From assembly GCA_963717525.1 (NCBI GenBank), contig OY970343.1, positions 352,001 through 416,000 on the forward strand: a DNA stretch of 64,000 bases, given 5' to 3'. The position numbers were made by a program, and so were the translations under genes. A model generated the notes under the pieces. That model did not search any database. It had not been told where the DNA came from and was given only the letters and a program-made list of their open reading frames with translations. This document shows, in pieces, positions 55,709 to 64,000 of this stretch. The DNA is from an uncultured Methanoregulaceae archaeon. Its GTDB lineage: Archaea > Halobacteriota > Methanomicrobia > Methanomicrobiales > Methanospirillaceae. The first letter of the stretch is position 1, and every line of letters begins with the position of its first letter.

Positions 55709-56398
55709 ATGCAATTGTTGGTCAGCCCCAGCTCTATTTCCGAGGCTCACTGTTCTATCGCTGCCGATATCATCGACGTCAAAAAACCGTCAGAGGGCTC
55801 GCTTGGCGCCAATTTTCCCTGGGTGATCCGGGAGATCAAGTCGTTCGCGAAAAAACCCGTGAGTGCAGCCATCGGGGATTTCCCGTATAAGCCGGGCGGC
55901 GCCTCCCTTGCTGCCTATGGGGCTGCCTGCGCCGGGGCTGACTATGTCAAGATTGGGCTTGCCTTTGCCGGTAAAGACCGGGCCCGCGATGTGATCGCGG
56001 CGGTCACCAAAGCCGTCAAGGACGAGTTCCCTGAGAAATTCGTCGTTATTGCCGGGTATTCCGATTACGAAAGGATGGGTTCGATCTCCCCCTTTGAGAT
56101 CGCTCCACTTACTGCCGCGTGTGGGGCTGATTACGTGATGGTGGACACCGGGATCAAGGACGGGCGGAGCACCTTCTCCTTCATGGACGAAGCGACGCTC
56201 ATCCGGTTCACTGAAGGCAACCGGGCGCTGGGTCTGGGCACGGCCCTTGCCGGCTCGCTTGTGTTTGCCGATATCGATGCCCTGAAACGGATCAACCCGG
56301 AGATCATCGGTGTCCGGGGGATGGTCTGCGGTGGCGACCGGAATGCGACCATCCGCGAAGATCTCGTGAAGACAGCACTGGCGAAGATACGCTCGTAA
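55709..56398 (+). CDS. mfnB: (5-formylfuran-3-yl)methyl phosphate synthase (methanofuran biosynthesis)
   Basis: LLVSP, DIIDVKKPSEGSLGANFPW, SAAIGD, DYVKIGL, DTGIKDG, ALAGSL and IIGVRGMVC. Confidence 0.9.
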   Translation: MQLLVSPSSISEAHCSIAADIIDVKKPSEGSLGANFPWVIREIKSFAKKPVSAAIGDFPYKPGGASLAAYGAACAGADYVKIGLAFAGKDRARDVIAAVTKAVKDEFPEKFVVIAGYSDYERMGSISPFEIAPLTAACGADYVMVDTGIKDGRSTFSFMDEATLIRFTEGNRALGLGTALAGSLVFADIDALKRINPEIIGVRGMVCGGDRNATIREDLVKTALAKIRS

Positions 56399-56415
56399 AA
56401 AAAATCAGGTGTGCA

Positions 56416-57885
56416 ATGTACCTCAACAAACTGGATGTTCCCCTCTCCCTCACGTTCGATGACGTGTTGCTGGAACCACTGGAATCCTGGATCGAACCCG
56501 CCGAGACCGATACGCGGACCCGATTTTCCAAAAACATCGGGCTGAATATCCCCCTTGTCTCGTCTGCGATGGACACGGTGACCGAGTCGACGATGGCGAT
56601 CGCCCTTGCCCGCGAGGGTGGTATCGGTGTGATCCACCGGAACATGACCGCCGAGCATGAACTCCAGCAGGTCAATTTCGTCAAGCAGGCCGAGGAGCTT
56701 ATCGAGCGCGATGTGCTGTACGTCGAGGAAACGGCAACGGTCTCCGATGCCGAGAAACTGATGAACCAGTACAGCATCGGCGGCGTGCCGGTCATCGGGA
56801 AAGGAAAGATCATCGGGATCGTCTCCCGCCGGGATGTGCGGGCGATCGTCTCCCGTCGAGGCGAGGAGAGCATCAGGACGATCATGACCAAAAAACCGAT
56901 CACGGCCGGCGAGGACATCACGCCGGAAAAAGCGCTCGAAGTGATGTACACCAACAAGGTCGAGCGGCTTCCGGTCGCAGACAGCAAGGGCCGGCTGATC
57001 GGGATCATCACGATGCAGGACATCCTCGAAAAAAGGCAGTACCCGCGTGCGACCCGGGACAAGAAGGGCAACCTGCAGGTGGCAGCAGCGGTCGGGCCGT
57101 TTGATTTCACCCGGGCGACCCTCCTTGACGCTCACGGCGTGGACGCGCTCGTGGTCGACTGCGCCCACGGCCACAACATGAAGGTGGTCGAGGCGGTGAA
57201 AAACATCAAGGGCAGCGTCAGCGCGGATGTGATCGCGGGAAATATTGCCACAACAGCCGCGGCTGAGGCGCTCCTGGATGCCGGTGTCGATGGCATCAAG
57301 GTGGGCATCGGCCCGGGCTCGATCTGCACGACCCGGATTGTGGCGGGCACCGGCGTCCCGCAGATAACCGCGATCGCGCAGGTCGCCGAGAGTGCGTCCC
57401 CGGCCGATGTCCCGGTCATCGCCGATGGTGGTGTGCGGTACTCGGGCGACGTAGCAAAAGCGATCGCTGCCGGGGCAGATACCGTGATGATGGGGAGCAT
57501 GTTTGCCGGTACCGATGAGGCGCCGGGCAAGGTGATCACGATCAAGGGCCGGCGCTACAAGCAGTACCGGGGCATGGGGTCGCTCGGCGTCATGAGCCTG
57601 GGCCAGTCCAGCGACCGGTACTTCCAGAAAAAGGGGATCGGGAGCACGAAGTTTGTGCCTGAAGGTGTCGAGGGGGTTACCCCCTACGTCGGGCACGTGG
57701 GCGAGGTGATCTACCAGCTCGTAGGTGGCCTGAAGTCCGCGATGGGCTACTCGGGCGCCTCCACGATTGATGATATGCACAAGAAGACCCGGTTTATCCG
57801 GATCACGAACGCCGGTATGACCGAGAGCCACCCGCACAACATCCTGATCACTGACGAAGCGCCGAACTACCGGCTCTTCGAATAA
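56416..57885 (+). CDS. guaB: IMP dehydrogenase
   Basis: [20 protein letters not shown] pair, [15 protein letters not shown] and YRGMGS. Confidence 0.97.
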   Translation: MYLNKLDVPLSLTFDDVLLEPLESWIEPAETDTRTRFSKNIGLNIPLVSSAMDTVTESTMAIALAREGGIGVIHRNMTAEHELQQVNFVKQAEELIERDVLYVEETATVSDAEKLMNQYSIGGVPVIGKGKIIGIVSRRDVRAIVSRRGEESIRTIMTKKPITAGEDITPEKALEVMYTNKVERLPVADSKGRLIGIITMQDILEKRQYPRATRDKKGNLQVAAAVGPFDFTRATLLDAHGVDALVVDCAHGHNMKVVEAVKNIKGSVSADVIAGNIATTAAAEALLDAGVDGIKVGIGPGSICTTRIVAGTGVPQITAIAQVAESASPADVPVIADGGVRYSGDVAKAIAAGADTVMMGSMFAGTDEAPGKVITIKGRRYKQYRGMGSLGVMSLGQSSDRYFQKKGIGSTKFVPEGVEGVTPYVGHVGEVIYQLVGGLKSAMGYSGASTIDDMHKKTRFIRITNAGMTESHPHNILITDEAPNYRLFE

Positions 57886-57965
57886 CTTTTTTTATTCGTT
57901 TCCTGCCGCTATCCAGTACATAAAATAGAACAGCAGGGATAGTACCGTGTATCCCCAAACGGGAG

Positions 57966-58595
57966 ATGAATTACATGGCAAACGAGAAATTATACACGCT
58001 TCCCAAGCTGCCGTACGACTATGCGGCGCTCGAACCATTTATCTCAAAGGAGCAGCTCACCCTGCACCACACGAAACACCACCAGGCATACGTGACCGGT
58101 GCAAACGCGATCTTTGAGAAACTGGATAAGGCACGAAAAGAGAAGGCGGACCTCGATCTCAAGGCGACGTTAAAGGAGCTCTCGTTCCATATCGGGGGCT
58201 ACCGTCTCCACAACACCTTCTGGGAGAACCTGGCACCGGCTGGCAAAGGTGGCGGCGGGCTGCCGAAAGGGGAACTTGCAAAGGCAATCGATGAGGAGTT
58301 CGGTTCGTTTGAGCGGTTCAAAAAGGAGTTTACCACAGCGGCATCCAGTGTCGAGGGCTCCGGCTGGGCGGTCCTTACGGCAAGCACAACCACACCCCGG
58401 CTCCTGATCAACCAGATCGAGAAGCACAACGTGAATGTCTACCCGGGATTCCGGATCCTCCTTGTGCTCGATGTCTGGGAGCACGCGTACTACCTGGACT
58501 ACAAGAACGACCGGGCAAAATATATCGAGGCATTCTGGAACCTCGTGAACTGGGACGCGGTGAACAGGCAGTTTATCACGCACCTGAAAAAATAA
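57966..58595 (+). CDS. sod: Fe/Mn superoxide dismutase
   Basis: [24 protein letters not shown] and DVWEHAYY. Confidence 0.96.
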   Translation: MNYMANEKLYTLPKLPYDYAALEPFISKEQLTLHHTKHHQAYVTGANAIFEKLDKARKEKADLDLKATLKELSFHIGGYRLHNTFWENLAPAGKGGGGLPKGELAKAIDEEFGSFERFKKEFTTAASSVEGSGWAVLTASTTTPRLLINQIEKHNVNVYPGFRILLVLDVWEHAYYLDYKNDRAKYIEAFWNLVNWDAVNRQFITHLKK

Positions 58596-58701
58596 TAAAC
58601 CCTGTTAAATTCACTTTTTTATTTTGGCACAGCTGCTGCCGGTTACAAAAATTTTCCAAAAAGAAGAAAATATGGGGGGTATGGGTTTTGCGTGATGCAA
58701 T

Positions 58702-58929
58702 TTATGCAACCATCTGTTTTGCCCGGAACCGGTTCCGGACCTTTTCGGAAAAATATTTTCCGACTGCGCTTGAACTCATGAGATCCGCGTAGACTTTTGA
58801 AGGTACGCCCGAATACTGGTAAACAAGTCCTGAGTGAAATTCGATCTCCATGTTTTTCATGGCGTCATCATATCCCACGGAGCGGAGAATACAGGATTTA
58901 ACGGGCTTTCTTTCCAAAAGCATCACCAT
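58702..58929 (-). CDS. KTSC domain protein
   Basis: SVGYD...EIEFHSG.VYQYSGVP..VY..LM.S.AVGKYF pattern. Confidence 0.85.
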   Translation of the reverse strand: MVMLLERKPVKSCILRSVGYDDAMKNMEIEFHSGLVYQYSGVPSKVYADLMSSSAVGKYFSEKVRNRFRAKQMVA

Positions 58930-59084
58930 TATAGTATGAGTGCCCCGGATGCTTAACGGTTTTTATAAAACAGGAAAGATGTGCTGCGGCGGGAGATGTT
59001 AAAATCAATCTGCGGGAGTGATCAGCGTGACACAGCGGCCGGCAAACGGTTTTTCCCTTAGTAAAAATTCCCGGTACATCTCAA

Positions 59085-59409
59085 GGGGGGAGGGGGGTGC
59101 CCCCTACCCCCCCTCACTTCTTTTTTCCAAGTGGGGGGTACCCTCCCCCCCATGTGCCGGGCCAGCAGGGGGTACCCCCTCTCCCTCAGGTCCCCGGCCG
59201 GGCAACCGGATGATAATCCCCTAAAAATGCAAACCTTACTCCTCACGCCGGAGATTCCATGCGAAATACAGGTTTTTGTTATGCAGAAAAGGAGCCTGTT
59301 GCCCGCATGGGGAGGGAGGGGGGAATCCCCTACCCCCCCTCACCTCATTTTTTGAACAGGGGCCTACCCCCCTCCCCCTGCCGGCCCGCAAAGGGGATCA
59401 CCCCCACCC
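59085..59409. repeat. two ~100-bp degenerate direct repeats of G/C-run hairpins (E6)
   Basis: Identical 17-mer CCCCTACCCCCCCTCAC at 59101 and 59327, each preceded by GGGAGGGGGG and followed by a T-tract and a TGCCGG..GGGG..CCCCC block. Confidence 0.7.
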
Positions 59410-59506
59410 ATGATTTTTGTGAGAGGCCTCCCATGACCCTGGTCTCTTTCATTTTCAAAAGTCCCGGGCTGTCGCCGATTTTACCGGACCAAAAAAGCGA
59501 AGAGAA

Positions 59507-59641
59507 TTACAACACCGACGCAGTAAACCCGAATTCATACAGCAGGATTACGATAACAACGAGGAGTAAGCCAAAACAGATTATGACAATGTTCCTGTTT
59601 CGTTCTGATGTGGTGTCCAGCCATTGTAAAATCCCGACCAT
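59507..59641 (-). CDS. 44-aa single-pass membrane microprotein (not in ORF track)
   Basis: MVGILQWLDTTSERNRNIVIICFGLLLVVIVILLYEFGFTASVL*; GAGGAAG upstream of the ATG. Confidence 0.55.
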   Translation of the reverse strand: MVGILQWLDTTSERNRNIVIICFGLLLVVIVILLYEFGFTASVL

Positions 59642-59684
59642 ACTCTTCCTCAGGTGATCCATTCAGATTTTAATTGAATATAAT

Positions 59685-59822
59685 TTGCCCTGCCCTACAA
59701 CGCACCAGAACTGTTTTAGGTGTGAGCGATGCGGTCACGAATGGGTCAAGCGAGTGGAGGACGATCCGAGAGTATGCCCAAAATGTAAGAGTCCCTATTG
59801 GGATGTACCGAGGAAAAAATAG
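59685..59822 (+). CDS. 45-aa zinc-finger microprotein (not in ORF track; start uncertain, TTG)
   Basis: ...CFRCERCGHEWVKRVEDDPRVCPKCKSPYWDVPRKK*; two CxxC knuckles. Confidence 0.7.
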   Translation: MPCPTTHQNCFRCERCGHEWVKRVEDDPRVCPKCKSPYWDVPRKK

Positions 59823-62181
59823 TTACAATTTTAATTCGGTTTGTATATCTCGCCTCATATCTTCTGGTGTTTTGAACGAATTTTTAAGTTCAGATATTTT
59901 CGGTTTTTTGTGCCCCTTCATTTGAACAAAAAACGCATCAAGATCCTTGTAATACATAAATTGCCAACCATATTTGTTGATTTCTTCGTTAAATTTGCGT
60001 TCATGAAGTTTCCTATTTAAAAGTGGTTTTCGTTCTTCCGGAATGACAATTATACGAGTTAAATCATCCACATCAAGATTAGATCCACGATCAATAACTT
60101 CGCTTATGCCAGTTGTGTTTTCGACTTCAAATTCATATTTGGGGGTCTTTCCTTCGAGCCAAATAACATCAATTTCTCTCACTCTATCTGGATTTTCATT
60201 ATCAAATGGTAACTCTTTAACTCTATACCCCTCTAAGTCAGCAATGACGGTATATCCAAATCTCTCTCCGATTTTGATTAAATAATCAACCATTGTATTG
60301 TGCTGGCTCATCCGTATCGATACCGATTGCTTCAATATCCATTTTTTATCTTTAGTTTTTTCAGCATAATCTTCCAAAACTTCATTTATTGTCGTAGTTT
60401 CGGGTGTTAAGGAGTTTGGAAACATTTTATAAACTTCTTTAAGTATGTCATCAAAACCAAGTTTGATTTCACGATTTAATGTTGATATAACAACTTTTTC
60501 AACTCGCTCTTTTAAAGGAACCCTATCAATGTATGGAACAACCGAGGGGTTGGCAAACCATAATTTGTTATTAACGAGGACAAATTCTTCACCCATATGT
60601 TTGTTGAGTACGTCGTCAATTGATTGTGAGGCTGAAAAAAGGAATCCCTCTTTTTTCAATAAATCGTAAATAAGTGAGTAACTATTTATTATTAACGAAT
60701 ATTCAGTTGGTTGTCCTCGTTCAGCAATGATCTTTTTAACAGCTTGAATAACAACCCTTTCAAATGTAATCTCATCGGGTTGTTTAATTTTTAATGTGTC
60801 GCGCGGTTCCAAAGGTTTTCGAAACCTTATGTAATAGTCCCCAAATGCACTGCCATAAGGAGCGAGCTGTGCCTTAGAAGATTTCTTTGCGGGATGTTGA
60901 TAAACAATTTTTTCAGAGTCAAAACCGGCTAAAATTGCAGATCTAAATATATCATTATAAATTTCCATTTTGGTGTTGTTAAACGTTACAGTCAAATATT
61001 TTCCGGGTTTTAAAACTCTATAAATTTCTCGGAATGCCTTAGCAAGGTGAGTGTAGTAAGCTTTGTTGTTTTTATCTCGTCTTAAAGGACTGTCGCTAAT
61101 ACAAATTTCATCGGCAAGATCTGATTTGAAACCCAACCACGATGCATAAATTAAATTGAGTTCTAAATATGGTACACTATCCCCATACGGAGGATCTGTG
61201 AACACATAATCCACGGAATTTTCCTTTAATTCGGGTATTGAATTAAGCTCAGTGGCGGAATGATTAAAAATTTTAAATGCATCTTTCGAGTATTTTGATG
61301 ACAGTAATTTATTAGATTCCTTTTTACCTGAAACGAGTTTTTTAAATTTGTTCTCGAAAAACCGCCATACGTTCATCTCATATCTATTGGCTGGTATCCA
61401 AAAACCTCTTACTTTCCAACCCGGTCCTTGTCCGGGTGTGTAAACCAGTAATTTTGAAGCTTGGGGGAGCGCGGCAGAAAATGCAAATTTTATCATATTT
61501 CGATTGAGTTCGTCCTCAATCTTGTTAATTCCGTTATAAAGAATTGAAAGTGCTATAAGGTTCCGTTTACTAAATAAGTCGCTGACTTTTTCCCCTCTTG
61601 AAACATTCACCCGACTGTTCCAAATAAGTTCGTTATCTGGATACCAATAAGGTACATCTGTCTCTTCTATTGTTGAGATTGTTTTTCTATCAGCATTTGT
61701 TAAGTCCTTTAACCCTTTGTGTTCGCAAACCGGGTTATTACACTCGTAGACAATCTTTGTTGGTTTATTATTTGCATATATGAGTGAATGTATTGTAGCA
61801 GATTTACCGCATTCTGGGCATATTGTTTTAAAATACTTTAAAATCTCATCTTTTACATCGTCTTTTAAGGCATCAAATGCTTCTTGCAAACTATCTATAT
61901 CAACAGGTAAAGCGGTCATTAATGCAATAAAATTCCCTACGGGATCCAGATCGACGGCAATCGCTTTCCTCCCCAATCTAAGGGCCTCTATGGCTGTCAC
62001 ACCCGAACCCGAAAAAGGATCAAGAACTGTGTCTCCCTCTTTTGAATAACGTTCAATATAAGCTGCTACTATATTATCCGGCTTTCTTGCCCAGTATTTG
62101 TGGATATTTATACATCGGAGGATGAAGTCTCGCAACTAAAGCCGAATCAAGATGGGAAATATCATCATTTTCATCATTCAT
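59823..62181 (-). CDS. amino-DNA methyltransferase with Zn ribbon fused to a C-terminal PD-(D/E)XK nuclease-like domain (apparent frameshift ~62105)
   Basis: HKYWARKP, DPFSGSG (motif I), CPECG, TDPPY (motif IV) and EIDVIW...YEFEVENTT; likely true N-terminus MNDENDDISHLDSALVARLHPPMYK from ATG 62181; AT-rich. Confidence 0.85.
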
Positions 62182-62316
62182 TTAGATCACTATGTCTTGT
62201 TGTATAATTTGAGATCTCAATAAATGAAAAACCAATTGTTTTGAGACCCGCGATGCAACAGCGCGATCCCAAAACCCAAAAGTCCCTACAACGCAACAGA
62301 ACCCCCTGTAGCTTCC

Positions 62317-62348
62317 TTTATACATTTGCATCACTAACATCAAGTGAA
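62317..62348 (+). promoter_or_regulatory. TATA box plus candidate operator of the ArsR gene
   Basis: TTTATA at 62317-62322 followed by inverted repeat TCACT-N7-AGTGA containing CTAAC-N5-GTGAA. Confidence 0.5.
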
Positions 62349-62349
62349 T

Positions 62350-62991
62350 ATGGAGGATCTCGCAGAATTCGCCCGGTTGCTCGATATCCTCGGGAACCGG
62401 AACCGGCGCCGCATCATCGGCCTCCTGCGGCAGAAGCCCTGCTTTGTCACCGAGATATCAGAGACGCTGATGATCTCGCCCAAGGCGGTTATCGACCACC
62501 TCCAGCTCATGGAGCGGGAGGAGATCCTCTCCTGCCAGATGGACGACCGCCGGCGCAAGTATTACTATCTCGCAAACGACATCCTCGTCGACGTTACCCT
62601 GCACAGCCTCCAGAGCGCCATGATCGGGCATGATGAGACGGGAAAGAACGCGGAGAACGAGCGGACCCGGCAGGCAGTCGTCATGCTCGCAAAGATGGTC
62701 CAGGCGCACGACCAGCTGGTAGCCCACCTCGAACAGCTCAACCATGACATCGACACGAAACTTGCCGATCTTGCCCGCAACCATAACGATTTATTCAGGA
62801 GCGAACGAGAACTATCTGTAGCAGTTGCCCTCTCCCACGAACCCCTGGCTCCGGACGAACTCCGGGAGGTTACCGGGTGCACACCGGATGAACTCGAACC
62901 GGTGCTTGCAGAGTTTGTAAAGAGGGGAATTGTATCGAGAACAAAGAACCGGATTACACTCAGAGGAATCCATGCTGACCAATCCCAATAA
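62350..62991 (+). CDS. ArsR-family winged-helix regulator (archaeal heat-shock regulator-like)
   Basis: LLDILGNRNRRRII.LL..KPCFVTEISE.L.ISPKAVIDHL...RRKYY, coiled-coil middle and a second wHTH. Confidence 0.85.
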   Translation: MEDLAEFARLLDILGNRNRRRIIGLLRQKPCFVTEISETLMISPKAVIDHLQLMEREEILSCQMDDRRRKYYYLANDILVDVTLHSLQSAMIGHDETGKNAENERTRQAVVMLAKMVQAHDQLVAHLEQLNHDIDTKLADLARNHNDLFRSERELSVAVALSHEPLAPDELREVTGCTPDELEPVLAEFVKRGIVSRTKNRITLRGIHADQSQ

Positions 62992-63391
62992 TCCCTACGA
63001 TGAAGTGTTTGGGAACCTCTCGAAGATCGTCGAGGAGATCGTGCGTAACATGCCTGAGGCCGAACACGCCCGTGTCATCGGGTATACCATCGTGACCCGG
63101 CAAGTCCCCGGCGAGCCCGGGATCTTCACCGGCGGGGCAAACAGCGGCGACGACGACATCCCGTACGAGGTGCTTGAGTCAGATACCCATATCTTTGTCA
63201 CCGCTGCGATCCCTCACAATGCCCAGTATGCCCCCTATGCGGATATCCAGACAAACGTGGTCCGGATCTGTATCGATGACCACTCCACGACCATCGAACT
63301 TGACAAGCCCATCGATGTCATCCACAGCATGTACCGGGTGCACCGCGGCGTGATGGACATCACGCTCCGGAAGGTCCCGGACTACCGGTAA
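62972..63391 (+). CDS. Hsp20/alpha-crystallin-like small protein
   Basis: PYEVLES..HIFVTA.IP and YRVHRGVMDITLRK resemble the Hsp20 NGVL-type end; overlaps the ArsR gene. Confidence 0.65.
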   Translation: MLTNPNNPYDEVFGNLSKIVEEIVRNMPEAEHARVIGYTIVTRQVPGEPGIFTGGANSGDDDIPYEVLESDTHIFVTAAIPHNAQYAPYADIQTNVVRICIDDHSTTIELDKPIDVIHSMYRVHRGVMDITLRKVPDYR

Positions 63392-63530
63392 TCTTCCCTT
63401 TTTCAGCCCTCTCGCATTTTTTTACCGGTTTTTATTGCTCTGGAGTAAACCCGGTCGGTCCATTTCCGTTTCTTGTACGTCCCTGTCGGTACTGTGCCGG
63501 GCAGATGCCAAAAACCACGCTTGAAAAAAG

Positions 63531-64000
63531 TTATGCCTTTGCCGGGATATCCGACGGTATCAACGGGCTGATCGCTTTCCTGCCGGGCCGGTACTCGCGG
63601 AACTGCCGGAGCGAGACGGTGAGGTCCCGGGTGAACGCGAAGTACCCGATCTGCGTATTCCGGCAGAGGTTCATTGCCATATCCATGAGACCTCGGGGAT
63701 CGGGCCGGGCCTCGCCCAGCCAGATGTGGAAAATGTTCCCCCCGTCCACGATCGGGAAAAAGACGTTCTCGATCTCCATGCGTCTGGTGAGCGGGACATC
63801 GGCGCCCGGCGCCACATGCGTCCCGTTCGTATAGTAGATCGGGAGATCCCGGGTATTCCCGAGGTTTTCGAGCGCGTAATCGAGGTCACCCTTGATCACC
63901 TTCACGGCAAAATCGTGGTATCGCTTGTCAATAAGATCCGCGACCGCAAAGCGCTGGCCGGTTGTCTCGGCAGGGGTCCGGGCAAGAGCAAGGGTCATGT
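63531..64000 (-). CDS. nrdD: anaerobic ribonucleoside-triphosphate reductase-like protein, 3' part
   Basis: RTPAETT..RFA..D, YYTNGTHV, GGNIFHIWLGE and IGYFAFTRDLTV; continues beyond the window. Confidence 0.85.
   Translation of the reverse strand, partial: MTLALARTPAETTGQRFAVADLIDKRYHDFAVKVIKGDLDYALENLGNTRDLPIYYTNGTHVAPGADVPLTRRMEIENVFFPIVDGGNIFHIWLGEARPDPRGLMDMAMNLCRNTQIGYFAFTRDLTVSLRQFREYRPGRKAISPLIPSDIPAKA

Noticed and set aside
56131..57837. 568-aa minus-strand ORF
   Set aside because: Antisense shadow of guaB caused by GC-rich codon bias; no recognisable motifs. The same applies to the many antisense ORFs over hisS, top6B, valS, ychF and DUF92.
59674..59925. 83-aa plus-strand ORF from the track
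   Set aside because: Overlaps the MTase 3' end and has no motifs; the Zn-finger frame at 59685-59822 is the better call.
63545..63560. VGY tripeptide in an alternative frame as a hidden glycyl-radical motif
   Set aside because: No preceding Arg or Zn-ribbon cysteines; likely chance.

Overview
Archaeal DNA, most likely a Methanomicrobiales methanogen (Methanoregula-like, inferred from mfnB, topoisomerase VI, the archaeal valS/hisS/nrdD forms and the gene order). There are three zones. (1) 1-31.2 kb is a large surface-glycan biosynthesis cluster: NeuA/B/C nonulosonate module, a KdnA-like and three other DegT aminotransferases, dTDP-sugar genes, a KdsB + HpcH-aldolase + 2-hydroxyacid dehydrogenase + HAD + cyclase set, flippase, AsnB-like amidotransferase, NDP-sugar dehydrogenase/epimerases, GT2/GT4 and a decayed AT-rich patch at 19.7-22.7 kb. 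(2) 31.2-48.3 kb and 54.4-58.6 kb are GC-rich housekeeping genes (top6A/B, hisS, larB, NMNAT, ychF, valS, tmk, mfnB, guaB, sod). (3) Mostly AT-rich accessory/defence genes lie at 48.7-53.7 kb (Mrr-like nuclease, PKD surface protein, FRG + HEPN-like pair, MNT-HEPN toxin-antitoxin) and 59.5-62.2 kb (two unannotated microproteins and an MTase-nuclease fusion). Most accessory blocks are bordered by members of a family of GC-rich palindromic intergenic elements. The window ends with an ArsR/Hsp20-like operon and the 3' end of an NrdD that lacks its glycyl-radical domain. Many genes, including essential ones, carry single-base indels that are most likely sequencing errors. No rRNA, tRNA or CRISPR array was seen. 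All family calls are from motif recognition by eye; no searches were run.
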